From Ignavibacteriales bacterium (lineage in GTDB: Bacteria; Bacteroidota; Ignavibacteria; Ignavibacteriales; DAOSCP01), in contig DAOSCP010000016.1 in NCBI GenBank assembly GCA_035361425.1, forward strand, positions 4,439-68,438: a DNA stretch of 64,000 nucleotides. Direction: 5' to 3'. Shown piece after piece: positions 21,301 through 33,033 of the stretch. Each line of letters begins with the position of its first letter. Within the stretch, counting starts at the first letter, position 1. A program made the translations under genes and the position numbers. A model generated the notes under the pieces. It was not told the DNA's origin. It saw nothing but the letters and a program-made list of their open reading frames with translations, and ran no database searches.

Positions 21301-22416
21301 ATGGAAGATATCAAAATAAAAAATGTGACTAAAGTTTTTGATGGTTATTTTAAAGCTGTTAATAATGTTTCGCTTGAAATTAAAGCTGGTGAACTTTTTA
21401 GTTTTCTTGGACCAAGTGGTTGCGGTAAAACTACATTGCTTAGAATGATTGCTGGTTTTGAAGTCCCAACAACAGGACAAATTTTAATTGGTAATGAGGA
21501 TATTACTTTTTTACCACCATACCACAGACCTGTAAATACTGTTTTTCAGAACTATTCACTTTTCCCACATATGACAGTTTTTGACAATGTTGCTTTTGGA
21601 TTGAAAATTAAAAAAATACCAAAAGATGAAATAAAAGATCGTGTAATAGAAATGTTGAAAATTGTTAAAATGGAAAGTGAAGTTAATAAATTCCCTAATC
21701 AATTAAGTGGTGGTCAGAAACAAAGAATTGCTATAGCTCGCGCACTTATTAATAAACCTAAAGTTCTTTTGTTGGATGAGCCTTTGGCAGCATTAGATTT
21801 GAAATTAAGACAACATATGTTGATAGAATTACAAAATATCCACGATGTTGTTGGTATTACATTTATATATGTTACACACGATCAAAGTGAAGCTATTTCT
21901 ATTTCCGATAGACTTGCTGTTATGAATGAAGGTAAGATTTTGCAGGTTGGCTCTCCTGATGAAATTTACGAAAAACCAAAGACTATTTTTGCTGCTAACT
22001 TTATTGGCGATACAAATTTAATTGATGCAGAAGTTATTGCTAAATATGATGATTATATAGAGTTAAAATGTGATTCCGGAGACGGTAACCATTTTGTTAT
22101 CGATAGCGCTGTTCCTTTCAATCCAGAAATTGGGCAAAAGTTAACTATTTCACTTAGGCCAGAAAAAATTGCTATATCCAGAACTCCACCCGAAATGCAA
22201 GATGACTTTAATCTTGTTGAAGGAATAGTTGAAGATATCTTATATTATGGTTCACATACACATTATATTGTAAGAGTAGGCAATTTAAGAATTAGAGTTT
22301 TTGATCAGCACAAACGAGTTTATGTTGACAAAACTGGTATAGATTGGGAAGAAAAAGTATTTCTATATTGGCATGATGAAGATACTCATTTAATTAATGA
22401 AGTTCGTGAAAGTTAA
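21301..22416 (+). CDS. potA: spermidine/putrescine ABC transporter ATP-binding protein
   Basis: Walker A GPSGCGKTT, signature LSGGQKQR, Walker B LLLDEP, and a PotA-type C-terminal domain. The ATG at 21301 lies 10 nt after aaggag; the TTG at 21292 in the ORF track is too close to the RBS. Confidence 0.9.
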   Translation: MEDIKIKNVTKVFDGYFKAVNNVSLEIKAGELFSFLGPSGCGKTTLLRMIAGFEVPTTGQILIGNEDITFLPPYHRPVNTVFQNYSLFPHMTVFDNVAFGLKIKKIPKDEIKDRVIEMLKIVKMESEVNKFPNQLSGGQKQRIAIARALINKPKVLLLDEPLAALDLKLRQHMLIELQNIHDVVGITFIYVTHDQSEAISISDRLAVMNEGKILQVGSPDEIYEKPKTIFAANFIGDTNLIDAEVIAKYDDYIELKCDSGDGNHFVIDSAVPFNPEIGQKLTISLRPEKIAISRTPPEMQDDFNLVEGIVEDILYYGSHTHYIVRVGNLRIRVFDQHKRVYVDKTGIDWEEKVFLYWHDEDTHLINEVRES

Positions 22417-22428
22417 CGAGGAGATACT

Positions 22429-23334
22429 ATGGATAATACAAAAATAGTTTTACAACAAAAAAATAAGCTAAGCTGGATATTAGCTTTCCCTGCTCTTTTC
22501 TGGCTGTTATTTTTCTTTTTTATACCTTATTTGATAGTTCTTATTTATAGCTTTTTAACACCTACAATATACGATATCAAATTCGAATTTACACTACAAG
22601 CTTATAGAGAAATTTTTGAATGGAGATACATTAAATCATTTTTGATTTCATTGCGATTAGCTACTATTACAACAGTTTTATGTCTGCTATTAGGTTACCC
22701 AGTAGCATACTTTATAGCTCGTTCTTCAGATAAATTGAAAAATGCATTGTTATTTTTGATTATTATTCCATTCTGGACAAATTTTATTATAAGAATCTTT
22801 TCATGGAGAATTTTCTTAGCTCCTGAAGGTACATTAAATAATATTCTTATATCACTTGGAATAATATCAGAACCATTAATGATTTTAAGAACAGATTTAG
22901 CAGTAATTTTAGTAATGGTTTATGTTTATCTTCCTTATATGATATTACCGCTATATGCTGGAATAGAAAAAATAGATTTTACTTTAATTAATGCTGCGAT
23001 GGATTTAGGTGCTAATAGATGGAAATCATTTTTAAAAGTTACATTACCTTTATCTAAAGAAGGTATTTATGCTGGTATAATTTTAGTATTTATTCCCTCG
23101 CTTGGAATGTATGTAGTGCCTCATTTGGTAGGTAGCCAGGAGTCTTTATATATTGGACAAATAATCGCATATAAAATAAAAGATATTCCAAGAAATTGGC
23201 CTTTAGCTTCAGCATTATCTTTTGTAATGTTATTATTTGTAACAATACTTATGGTTATAATTTACAAATTCCATAATAGAGCTTCAAAAATAAAGGTGGA
23301 TTTAAATGAAAATATTCAGAAAAAAGAATTTTGA
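22429..23334 (+). CDS. potB: spermidine/putrescine ABC transporter permease
   Basis: Six-TM permease with the EAA-like loop NAAMDLGANRWKSFLKVTLPLS. Confidence 0.85.
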   Translation: MDNTKIVLQQKNKLSWILAFPALFWLLFFFFIPYLIVLIYSFLTPTIYDIKFEFTLQAYREIFEWRYIKSFLISLRLATITTVLCLLLGYPVAYFIARSSDKLKNALLFLIIIPFWTNFIIRIFSWRIFLAPEGTLNNILISLGIISEPLMILRTDLAVILVMVYVYLPYMILPLYAGIEKIDFTLINAAMDLGANRWKSFLKVTLPLSKEGIYAGIILVFIPSLGMYVVPHLVGSQESLYIGQIIAYKIKDIPRNWPLASALSFVMLLFVTILMVIIYKFHNRASKIKVDLNENIQKKEF

Positions 23335-24118
23335 CATAAACAAAAGGGGATTCGCCTCAAAGCTTACTTTTTTTACTTTTGTATTGGTATTTATGTATAT
23401 CCCTTTGATAATACTTATTATTTATAGTTTTAATGATTCCAAATTTGTTTCTAATTGGCGTGGTTTTACATTAAAGTATTATGTTGATCTTTTTAATAAT
23501 GAAGAAATTCTTGAAGCTTTTTATAATACAATGATTTTAGCGGTTCTTTCAACATTTATTTCTACAATTATGGGTCTTCTTTCTGCTTTAGCACTTGAAA
23601 ATAAAAAATTTTCAGGTACAAAATTATTTTCAAGTATGATATATGTTCCATTAGTTATGCCCGATATACTAATGGGTGTCTCATTAGCACTGTTTTTTTA
23701 CTTTTTAAAGATTCCTACAGGATTTATCACAGTTTTAATAGCACATATAACTTTTTGTATATCTTATACAACAATTGTAATACAATCTCGTTTAGAAGGA
23801 TTTGATTATTCATTAGAAGAAGCTGCAATGGATTTGGGGGCAAACAGATGGCAAATTTTTGCAAAGATTAAATTGCCTATTATAATGCCTGGGGTTATTG
23901 CATCTGCCTTACTGGCATTTACATTATCAATAGATGATTTTATTATTACATTTTTTACAACTGGTAGAGGGTTTAATACTTTACCAATTTATGTAGAAGG
24001 AGCAATACGAAGGGGAACTATGACTACAATAAATGCTCTTTCAACAATAATGATAGGATTGACTATTTTAATTACTATTTCAGCTACAAGATTTAAGAAA
24101 ATCCTACTAAATAATTAG
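23306..24118 (+). CDS. potC: spermidine/putrescine ABC transporter permease
   Basis: Permease with the EAA loop EAAMDLGANRWQIFAKIKLPI. It overlaps potB by 29 nt. Confidence 0.85.
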   Translation: MKIFRKKNFDINKRGFASKLTFFTFVLVFMYIPLIILIIYSFNDSKFVSNWRGFTLKYYVDLFNNEEILEAFYNTMILAVLSTFISTIMGLLSALALENKKFSGTKLFSSMIYVPLVMPDILMGVSLALFFYFLKIPTGFITVLIAHITFCISYTTIVIQSRLEGFDYSLEEAAMDLGANRWQIFAKIKLPIIMPGVIASALLAFTLSIDDFIITFFTTGRGFNTLPIYVEGAIRRGTMTTINALSTIMIGLTILITISATRFKKILLNN

Positions 24119-24200
24119 ATAATATTTTTTACAACTTATTGAAAATTATTATATTTGTAATTGAAAATAATTTATCTTTGTTTTTTTTTAATATTTATAG

Positions 24201-25709
24201 ATGGGGTTCAATATGGGCTTAAAATTTATGACAGCTGAAGAAGCTGCTAGCTATGTACAAAATGGGGATATTTGTGCTTTTAGTGGATTTACTCCTGCAG
24301 GTGCTGCAAAAGTGGTTCCTAAGGCAATTGCACAAAAAGCAATAGCTGAACATGAAGCAGGAAGAGAATTTAAAATTGGTGTTATCACAGGTGCATCCAC
24401 AGGTCCTTCTTTAGATGGAGAACTTGCTAAAGCTAAAGCTATTAAATTCAGGACACCTTACCAATCTAATGCTGATTTGAGAGCTCTTATCAATTCTGGC
24501 GAAGTAGATTATTTTGATATGCACCTTTCTTCTGTTGCAAATGCTATGAGAGCAGGCGTATTTGGTAAAATTAAATTTGCTATTATTGAAGCTTGTGATG
24601 TTACTCCTCAAGGGCAAATTACTCCAACATCTTCTGTAGGTATTTCTCCTACTGCTTGTAGTCAGGCTGATTATATTATTGTCGAATTAAATAAATTCCA
24701 TCCTCAATGTCTAAGAGGTTTACATGATATCATGGAACCGCAAGATCCACCTCTTAGAAGTGAATTCCCAATTTACTATCCTAATGATAGAATTGGTTCT
24801 GATGTTATCAAGGTTGATCCGTCTAAAATATTGGGTGTTGTAGAAACTAATTTACCCGATGAAACATCCGGATTTGACACTGTTGATGAAGTAACCTCCA
24901 AAATTGGTGAAAATGTTGCTAATTTCTTATTAGATCAAATGAAAAAAGGAATTATTCCTCCTACATTTTTACCTTTACAATCTGGTGTTGGAAATATTGC
25001 TAATGCTGTATTATTTAGTTTAGGTAAAAACCCAGAAATTCCACAATTTACAATGTATACAGAAGTTATACAAGATGCTGTAATTTCTTTAATGAGAGAA
25101 GGTAGAGTTAAATTTGCAAGTGGATGTTCTTTAACTTTAAGTTTAGAAAAATTAAAAGAAGTTTATGAAAACTTAGATTTTTTCCGTCCAAAAATATTAT
25201 TAAGATCACAAGAAATTTCTAATAATCCTGAAATTGCAAGAAGATTAGGCTTAATTTCTATAAATACAGCATTAGAAGCTGATATTTTTGGTAATGTGAA
25301 CAGTACACATGTACTTGGGCAAAAAATGATGAATGGTATTGGCGGCTCTGGTGATTTTACAAGAAATGCTTATATTTCAATATTTACTTGTCCTTCTACT
25401 GCTAAGGGTGGAAAAATCTCTACTATTGTTCCTATGGTTTCACACCTTGATCATAATGAACACTCTGTTCAGATATTAATAACAGAGTGGGGAGTTGCTG
25501 ATCTAAGGGCTAAATCACCTATACAAAAAGCTCATGAAATTATCAATAATTGTGTTCACCCAGATTATAGAGAACAATTAAGAGATTATTTGAAACTTAA
25601 TACTAAAGCGCATACACCACACACACTTTCTGCTGCATTTGGTATGCACTTAAAATTTGAAAAAGAAGGTACTATGTTAGGAGTTAATTGGAATGATTAT
25701 ATTAGATAA
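24201..25709 (+). CDS. acetyl-CoA hydrolase/transferase family protein (succinate/propionate CoA-transferase, ScpC/AarC-like)
   Basis: Strong similarity, as I recall it, to E. coli ScpC along the whole length (MTAEEAA..FSGFTPAGAAK.., LQSGVGNIANAV, MNGIGGSGDF, EHSV..ITEWGVADLR). The start may be ATG 24213 or 24228. Confidence 0.85.
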   Translation: MGFNMGLKFMTAEEAASYVQNGDICAFSGFTPAGAAKVVPKAIAQKAIAEHEAGREFKIGVITGASTGPSLDGELAKAKAIKFRTPYQSNADLRALINSGEVDYFDMHLSSVANAMRAGVFGKIKFAIIEACDVTPQGQITPTSSVGISPTACSQADYIIVELNKFHPQCLRGLHDIMEPQDPPLRSEFPIYYPNDRIGSDVIKVDPSKILGVVETNLPDETSGFDTVDEVTSKIGENVANFLLDQMKKGIIPPTFLPLQSGVGNIANAVLFSLGKNPEIPQFTMYTEVIQDAVISLMREGRVKFASGCSLTLSLEKLKEVYENLDFFRPKILLRSQEISNNPEIARRLGLISINTALEADIFGNVNSTHVLGQKMMNGIGGSGDFTRNAYISIFTCPSTAKGGKISTIVPMVSHLDHNEHSVQILITEWGVADLRAKSPIQKAHEIINNCVHPDYREQLRDYLKLNTKAHTPHTLSAAFGMHLKFEKEGTMLGVNWNDYIR

Positions 25710-25715
25710 AATGAG

Positions 25716-25744
25716 AAAAGCGGGCTTTCGGGCTCGCTTTTTTT
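25716..25744. terminator. bidirectional intrinsic terminator between convergent genes
   Basis: AGCGGGC-tttcg-GGCTCGCT hairpin flanked by an A-run and a T-run. Confidence 0.7.
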
Positions 25745-25745
25745 A

Positions 25746-27944
25746 TTAAAAGTTAAATGTTACACCTAAAATAAATTCTCGTCCTTTGTCTAAAATTCCT
25801 TTATCAGCCCATGCACTAACCGAATTTGCTGCATATCGTATTTCTTGATCAAATATATTGTGAATACTAAAATTTATTGAAAAATATAAATTATCATTAT
25901 AAGTTAAATTTGAAGCTAAAAAGTTGACATTTGCAATCCAATAAGAAGGAACTGATTTCCCATATCTCCCTATCACTCCCAAATTTGGATTTGAAGGATC
26001 TTTTAAATTATTATCCCACTGAGCTTCCATTTTGTCAACATAATTTATCGAAAGATTAAAACTTAAGTTTTTATATGGCAATACATTTACTTTTATATAT
26101 GATAACCAATGGGGTGAATATTCCAATTCAATATTTTCCATTTCTTTATTTGCATATTTTGAGTTTTGATATGTAATTGCTATATCAGTTTTTAAGAAAT
26201 TTGTTATATCATATATTAAAATAAATTCACTTCCATATGTATTGATTTTGTTGCTATTATTGTAAAAAGATGTATAAGGTGGGTTCAAATTAATTGTTCT
26301 GGTAATAAGATTATCAAATTGATTTGAAAAAAGACTAATATTAATAGATAATTTTTTATTTATTAAACTGATATAATTTATTTCTTTTGTAGTGATTTTT
26401 TCGGGTTTTATATGTTTTTTAGTTATTATGTTATTCCTGTATTCCCATAATGATGGGAATCTTATAGCTTCTCCATACAAAAGTTTTAATGTATTATTAT
26501 TTGATAATTTATAGAGTATTGCTGCTCTGCTAAGTAAATAAAACTTATTATCATTAATGTGTTGTGTGAATTTTTGATGACCTTGTGTGTATGCCCCTTT
26601 GTGTAAAATTATGTCAAATGGGAAAATTCTTTCTGTTCTTAAACCACCAACAAAGGATAAATTATCAGTTATATTATAAGTTAATTGTGAATATAGCGCT
26701 AATCTTCTGTATAGTGAATTATCTAAACCTCCGGCTCTGTTTATTAAATTGTAACTGGTTGGATTAAATGGGGCATCTGTTTTGTCACCTGCTACTTTAG
26801 TATATATATATTCAATGCCAGTTTGTAAATTTAATTTTGGTGTAATACTATAAAAAATATCTGTTGAAAAAGCAATATCATCAGAGTAATATTCCCCATA
26901 AGAATATATATCGTTATCGTACATAAAACCATTTGTATCTTTCGAAAAATAATTATCTGCCATATACAAGAAGAATGAGTTGTAAGAAATTTTACTCATA
27001 AATGATAAATTTTCACTAATGGTATTCTTGTAAGTTAAACTTGAATTTATATTTGTTAATCTGTTAATTGCAGGATGGTAGAATAGTGTTGAAAATGTTT
27101 GTCCGAAATTACTACGATTTATCAAAAGGTCTATTTGAAAATTTTCATTACTTAAACTAAGATTAGAAAAAAAACTTCTATTATCAAAATAATTTTTAGA
27201 TTTTTTATCGGGATTAGTAATACCAAATTCTGGTGCTTTTTGTTCAAAATTTGTAACCATTTTATTAAAGGGTTTATCGATTCCATATACATCATTCAAA
27301 CCAGAAGAAAAGCTAAATTTATAATCACCAAAATTATCAAAAATTGATACAGAAAGTCTATTTACTTTTGGGTAACCAGCGGTTATTTTTATAGATTTAT
27401 TAGTAATAGGTGAATATTTTATATCATTCGTGATGATATTTATTACTCCAAAAAAAGAATTGGATCCATAAATAATAGACATTGGGCCACGAACAATTTC
27501 AATTCTATCGATAGTTTCAACAGGAATATTTAACGCATTAAAAGAAAAAGCATTATAGTGATTATTAGTAATCGGAACTCCATTAAGTAAAACCTTTATA
27601 TTGGTATTCAACTGTGTTAAATAACCTCTTACACCTATAGATGGTCCTATATAGCCTTTGTAATCAATGTAATATAGACCAGGAATTTGGGAAAGTAATT
27701 CTTCTAATGATGTATAACCTGCTCTTTTAATATCTGTTCGATTTATAATTATGAAGCTTGCAGGAATTTCAGATATAATTTGGACTTTTTTGGAAGCTGT
27801 TGTAACCTCAAGATTTAATAAATCTTCTAATGAAAAATCGATTTTGTTTAATGTGTCATTTTGTAGTTTAAATAATTCAACTGAGAAAATACTTTTTGTA
27901 AGTACAAAAATTAGAAAAATTATATAGTAAAATTTTTTATCCAT
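25746..27944 (-). CDS. TonB-dependent outer-membrane receptor
   Basis: Signal peptide, a plug domain (EVTTASKKVQIISEIPASFIIINRTDIKRAGYTSLEELLSQIPGL), a 22-strand-type barrel, and a terminal ..GVTFNF. Confidence 0.9.
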   Translation of the reverse strand: MDKKFYYIIFLIFVLTKSIFSVELFKLQNDTLNKIDFSLEDLLNLEVTTASKKVQIISEIPASFIIINRTDIKRAGYTSLEELLSQIPGLYYIDYKGYIGPSIGVRGYLTQLNTNIKVLLNGVPITNNHYNAFSFNALNIPVETIDRIEIVRGPMSIIYGSNSFFGVINIITNDIKYSPITNKSIKITAGYPKVNRLSVSIFDNFGDYKFSFSSGLNDVYGIDKPFNKMVTNFEQKAPEFGITNPDKKSKNYFDNRSFFSNLSLSNENFQIDLLINRSNFGQTFSTLFYHPAINRLTNINSSLTYKNTISENLSFMSKISYNSFFLYMADNYFSKDTNGFMYDNDIYSYGEYYSDDIAFSTDIFYSITPKLNLQTGIEYIYTKVAGDKTDAPFNPTSYNLINRAGGLDNSLYRRLALYSQLTYNITDNLSFVGGLRTERIFPFDIILHKGAYTQGHQKFTQHINDNKFYLLSRAAILYKLSNNNTLKLLYGEAIRFPSLWEYRNNIITKKHIKPEKITTKEINYISLINKKLSINISLFSNQFDNLITRTINLNPPYTSFYNNSNKINTYGSEFILIYDITNFLKTDIAITYQNSKYANKEMENIELEYSPHWLSYIKVNVLPYKNLSFNLSINYVDKMEAQWDNNLKDPSNPNLGVIGRYGKSVPSYWIANVNFLASNLTYNDNLYFSINFSIHNIFDQEIRYAANSVSAWADKGILDKGREFILGVTFNF

Positions 27945-28075
27945 TTACAACCTAAAATATTAATTTCTTATACTAAACTAAAAAATTTTTTGCAAAAAAA
28001 CAAATATATTTATAATCTAAGAATATTTCAGAAATTATAATTTATTTTTGTATATTTGTATACTAAAAAAAATAA

Positions 28076-29227
<1,152 letters not shown>

Positions 29228-29545
29228 ATGTTAGCTAATATTATTTTAATGGCACCACAACCTGGTCAAAATCCTACTGGTCAATTGATTTCAACCTTAA
29301 TTATGTTTGCTGCTATTTTTGGTATTTTCTATTTTATGATAATTAGACCACAACAGAAAAAAGCAAAAGAACTTCAGAATATGATTGATAGTGTGCAAAA
29401 AGGGGATAAAGTTATTTTGAGCAGTGGTATCCATGGAAAAATTTCTGCTGTTGAAGAAAAAGCTTTTATCGTTGAAATTGATACAAATGTAAAAATTAAA
29501 GTTGAAAAATCAGCAGTTATAGCAGTTATTAAAAATAAGGACTAA
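29228..29545 (+). CDS. yajC: preprotein translocase subunit YajC
   Basis: 105 aa, a single TM helix followed by RPQQKKAKE..L.KGDKV....GI.G.I. Confidence 0.9.
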   Translation: MLANIILMAPQPGQNPTGQLISTLIMFAAIFGIFYFMIIRPQQKKAKELQNMIDSVQKGDKVILSSGIHGKISAVEEKAFIVEIDTNVKIKVEKSAVIAVIKNKD

Positions 29546-29551
29546 TAATAA

Positions 29552-30757
29552 ATGTTTTCTAAAATCGAAGAAGCTATTGAAGATATTAAAAACGGTAAGA
29601 TTGTAATTGTTGTTGATGATGAAGATAGAGAAAACGAAGGCGATTTTATATTCGCTGCCGAAAGTGTAACACCCGAGAAAGTAAATTTTGTAGTCACCCA
29701 TGGTAGAGGGCTTGTGTGTGTTGCTTTGCCACCAGAAAGAATTGAAAAATTAGATTTAGATATGATGGTCAATGACAATACTGCACTTCACGGTACGCAA
29801 TTTACTGTAAGCGTTGATGCAATTGAGGGTACAACTACAGGAATTTCAGCTAGCGATAGAGCGATAACTATCAAAAAATTAGCAGATCCAAATTCTAAAC
29901 CGGAAGATTTTGGTAGACCAGGGCATATTTTCCCGCTCAAAGCAGTAAAAGAAGGTGTTTTAAGACGAGCCGGCCACACAGAGGCTACTGTTGATTTGTG
30001 CAAATTAGCGGGCTTGCAACCTGTTGGTGTTTTGTGTGAAATTCTTAAAGAAGATGGCTCAATGGCAAGAGTGCCAGATTTGCTTGAAATTGCTAAACAA
30101 TTTGACCTTAAAATCATAACTGTTGCTGATTTAATAAAATATCGCCTTCAGAAAGATAAAATTGTTATTCGTGAAGCAACTGCAAAACTCCCAACAGAAT
30201 TTGGTGATTTTAATATAACCGCCTATAAAAATTGTGTTGACAACAAAGAGCATGTGGCTATTTGGAAAGGTAGTTGGCAAAAAGATGAATCAGTTTTAGT
30301 CCGTGTGCATAGCGAATGTTTAACCGGAGATATTTTCCATTCCCTTAGATGTGATTGCCAAAAGCAATTGCAAAAAGCACTGGAAATGATCGAAAAAGAA
30401 GGTAAAGGTGTTCTTGTATATATGAGGCAAGAGGGCCGCGGTATAGGACTTACTAATAAAATTAAAGCTTACCATTTACAAGAAAAAGGATACGATACCG
30501 TCGAGGCTAACGTAAAACTTGGTTTCCAACCCGATTTACGCGATTACGGCATTGGTGCACAAATTTTAGTTGATTTGGGTATCTCAAAAATTCGTTTGAT
30601 GACAAATAATCCTAAAAAAATGATTAGCTTAAGTGGATACGGATTAGAAATTGTTGAAAGAGTTCCTATTATAATTGAGCCAAACCAATATAATTTGAAA
30701 TATCTTGAGACTAAAAAGGAAAAATTTGGCCATTTCCTTGATGAAATAGACGAATAA
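29552..30757 (+). CDS. ribBA: bifunctional 3,4-dihydroxy-2-butanone-4-phosphate synthase / GTP cyclohydrolase II
   Basis: RibB half ([18 protein letters not shown]) and RibA half ([24 protein letters not shown]). Confidence 0.97.
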   Translation: MFSKIEEAIEDIKNGKIVIVVDDEDRENEGDFIFAAESVTPEKVNFVVTHGRGLVCVALPPERIEKLDLDMMVNDNTALHGTQFTVSVDAIEGTTTGISASDRAITIKKLADPNSKPEDFGRPGHIFPLKAVKEGVLRRAGHTEATVDLCKLAGLQPVGVLCEILKEDGSMARVPDLLEIAKQFDLKIITVADLIKYRLQKDKIVIREATAKLPTEFGDFNITAYKNCVDNKEHVAIWKGSWQKDESVLVRVHSECLTGDIFHSLRCDCQKQLQKALEMIEKEGKGVLVYMRQEGRGIGLTNKIKAYHLQEKGYDTVEANVKLGFQPDLRDYGIGAQILVDLGISKIRLMTNNPKKMISLSGYGLEIVERVPIIIEPNQYNLKYLETKKEKFGHFLDEIDE

Positions 30758-30786
30758 ACATTTATTGAGTAATATTTAGTTTTTTT

Positions 30787-30822
30787 AAGCAGGTTTGAAA
30801 ATATTCAAGCCTGCTTTTTTTA
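30787..30822 (+). terminator. intrinsic terminator after ribBA
   Basis: AAGCAGGTTTGA-aaatat-TCAAGCCTGCTT hairpin followed by a T7 run. Confidence 0.8.
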
Positions 30823-30964
30823 TCTTTAAAATGATAGGTAAAAGTAATTTAAATTAGTTTGATATAGTGAATTATTTATATTTGTATATTCAATTCAAAA
30901 TAGGTAAATTTATTTGACAAAAATATTATAATTGTAATATAAATCATTATTGCGGGGGATGGGG

Positions 30965-32058
30965 ATGAAAAGTGCAATTATTTTTCTAGTTTTAAGTTTT
31001 ACTTTATTTTCAAAACCATATTATGGTGTTTGGATAAGACCAGCAGAAAAACCAGAGGAATTAATTAAACAAATTCAAAATATCAAAAAAGCTGGGTTTG
31101 ATGCTATTTTTCTCGAAACTTTTTATCATGGTTATGTGATTACTCCTAATTCAGTTTTCCCGCACAGGTCATATTTAAATGGAATTGATTTATTGGAAAT
31201 TGCTGCAAAAGAATGTAAAAAGCAAAAATTAGAATTGCATGTTTGGTTAGAAACATTTTACTGGCGTGTTGATACATCTCTTGCTAAAGGGTTTCCTTAC
31301 TCTCCACTACTAAATGATTCATCTATTGCTGCAAGATTGAAATCTGGTGAGCTTACCGGTAAATCCGAATTTGCACATGATTTTGTAAATCCGTTACACC
31401 CAAAAGTGAGATGTTTGTTAAATACTTATGTTCAACAAATAATTTCAAGATACAAAATTGATGGAATTCATTTCGATTACATTAGATATCACGCTGGTAA
31501 AGAACACTCTGGCTATGATTCTCTTACACTTTTCACTTTTTATAATGATACAAAAATTGATGCAAAAAGTATCAAAGAAGATAGTGATGAATGGCGTGTT
31601 TGGTGCTTATGGCGGGAAAATGTAGTTACAAGTTTTCTTAAAGAAATAAGTGATACTATAAGAAAAGTTAATCCTAAAATTAAAATCTCTGCTGCAGTTT
31701 TTGGAGATTATTATAAAGCAAGATATATAAATAGCAAGCTTCAAGATTGGGGACCTGGTGTAAGTTTAAATACATCGATTTCTTAACACCTATGATTTAT
31801 TCAAGTGATATTGAAACTATAAAAAATGATTATAAATTTATAAAAGATACCGCAAATAATTTACCTGTTTACGCTGGTATCGCATCTCCTAAAAAAACAG
31901 AGGATATTTATGGCTCGGCAAAACATCCATCTTTGGAAAAGCAAATTATAGAACTTAAAAAATTAAAAGTTGATGGAATTGTAATTTTTTGCTGGAATTG
32001 GATGGAAGAGTTTTACGATAAAAAAGAATTAATTAAAATTCGAAAAATTTTGAAATAG
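30965..32058 (+). pseudogene. glycoside-hydrolase-like GHL10 (DUF187/YngK) lipoprotein-type gene split by one frameshift
   Basis: YGVWIRP..AGFDAIFLETFYHGY..HFDYIRY is typical of GHL10. ORFs 30950-31786 and 31747-32058 are two halves of one gene (..LQDW | GTWCKFKYIDFLTPMIYS..). The frame changes at the G4 run 31749-31752. Confidence 0.7.
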
Positions 32059-32153
32059 AAATGGAAATTAAATTTTTACAATTTAACAGGACATATTTAC
32101 AATATTTACAAAGTTAATACAAGTAAATATAGGGTTTTGGTATTAATATTACT

Positions 32154-32963
32154 TCACATTTTTTCTATTATTTTATTGATTAGTAAACATCCAGGTGCAA
32201 CCATATCGCCGTGGTCAAAACCTTGAAGTTCATATAAATAAGAATTTTCATTCCCATTAAACTTTAACATTTTTATGAAATATTGAGATTCTTCAAACCT
32301 TCCGAAAAGTTCCATTTCTTTATCGCCACAAATTAGATGTATTGGAGGATGTTTTCTATTTACATAATACATAGGGGCCAGAGAGTCAACAATAATCTGT
32401 CCTTCTGGGATGCCCTTAAATTTTCTGATTGTAAAATGTGTAATTGTTTGAGGGCTTAAAGGAATGAGCATCTTTAAATTTTGGGGAGTAAGATTATATC
32501 TGGATAAATAAGAGCTATCCATTCCAATCATTAATGTAATATATCCACCAGCTGAATGGCCTGAAAGTATAATTTTGTTTTTATTTCCGCCATATTTATT
32601 AATATTATCATGAATATATTTAACAGCAGCGGCAGCATCGTCCAATATTTCATTTATATTGGCGTTTGGATATAATCTGTATCCTACAGAGACAATACAA
32701 TTTTTCCCGTTTAGCAATTCTTTTTCGTAATACTTTTCCCCACCAGTTAATCCACCGCCTTGGAACCAAATAATAGTTTGGAAATTTTTAATTAATTTTG
32801 GTAATGCTATATCCAAAACACATTTTTGCTCTTTGTATTGGCTATCGTAAAAACTTTTGTCTTTGTACTTTATGTTGTTTTTAAAGTAATATAAACTATC
32901 TAATTCTTTTGCGATTATGATATTATAGCAAAAAAATATAATTAATAAAAAATTAATTTTCAT
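32154..32963 (-). CDS. alpha/beta-hydrolase esterase (HGGG-box / GxSxG lipase-like)
   Basis: Signal peptide, WFQGGGLTGG oxyanion box, nucleophile elbow SGHSAGG, and C-terminal D/H residues. Confidence 0.75.
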   Translation of the reverse strand: MKINFLLIIFFCYNIIIAKELDSLYYFKNNIKYKDKSFYDSQYKEQKCVLDIALPKLIKNFQTIIWFQGGGLTGGEKYYEKELLNGKNCIVSVGYRLYPNANINEILDDAAAAVKYIHDNINKYGGNKNKIILSGHSAGGYITLMIGMDSSYLSRYNLTPQNLKMLIPLSPQTITHFTIRKFKGIPEGQIIVDSLAPMYYVNRKHPPIHLICGDKEMELFGRFEESQYFIKMLKFNGNENSYLYELQGFDHGDMVAPGCLLINKIIEKM

Positions 32964-33033
32964 AATTAGTTTTTTTTTGTTATTATAAATATAAGAAAAA
33001 ATATTGTTTTTCCAAACTAATTGCGAGGGTTAT

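Noticed and set aside
29788-30117. Antisense or internal ORFs in the six-frame track (for example 2889-3089, 7069-7251, 7375-7629, 15127-15372, 29510-29778, 29788-30117, 40367-40841, 50124-50360, 51483-51776, 56038-56334, 61177-61446, 62222-62485).
   Set aside because: All lie inside, and opposite to or out of frame with, strongly supported conserved genes. They have low-complexity or skewed composition and no RBS. They are shadow ORFs.
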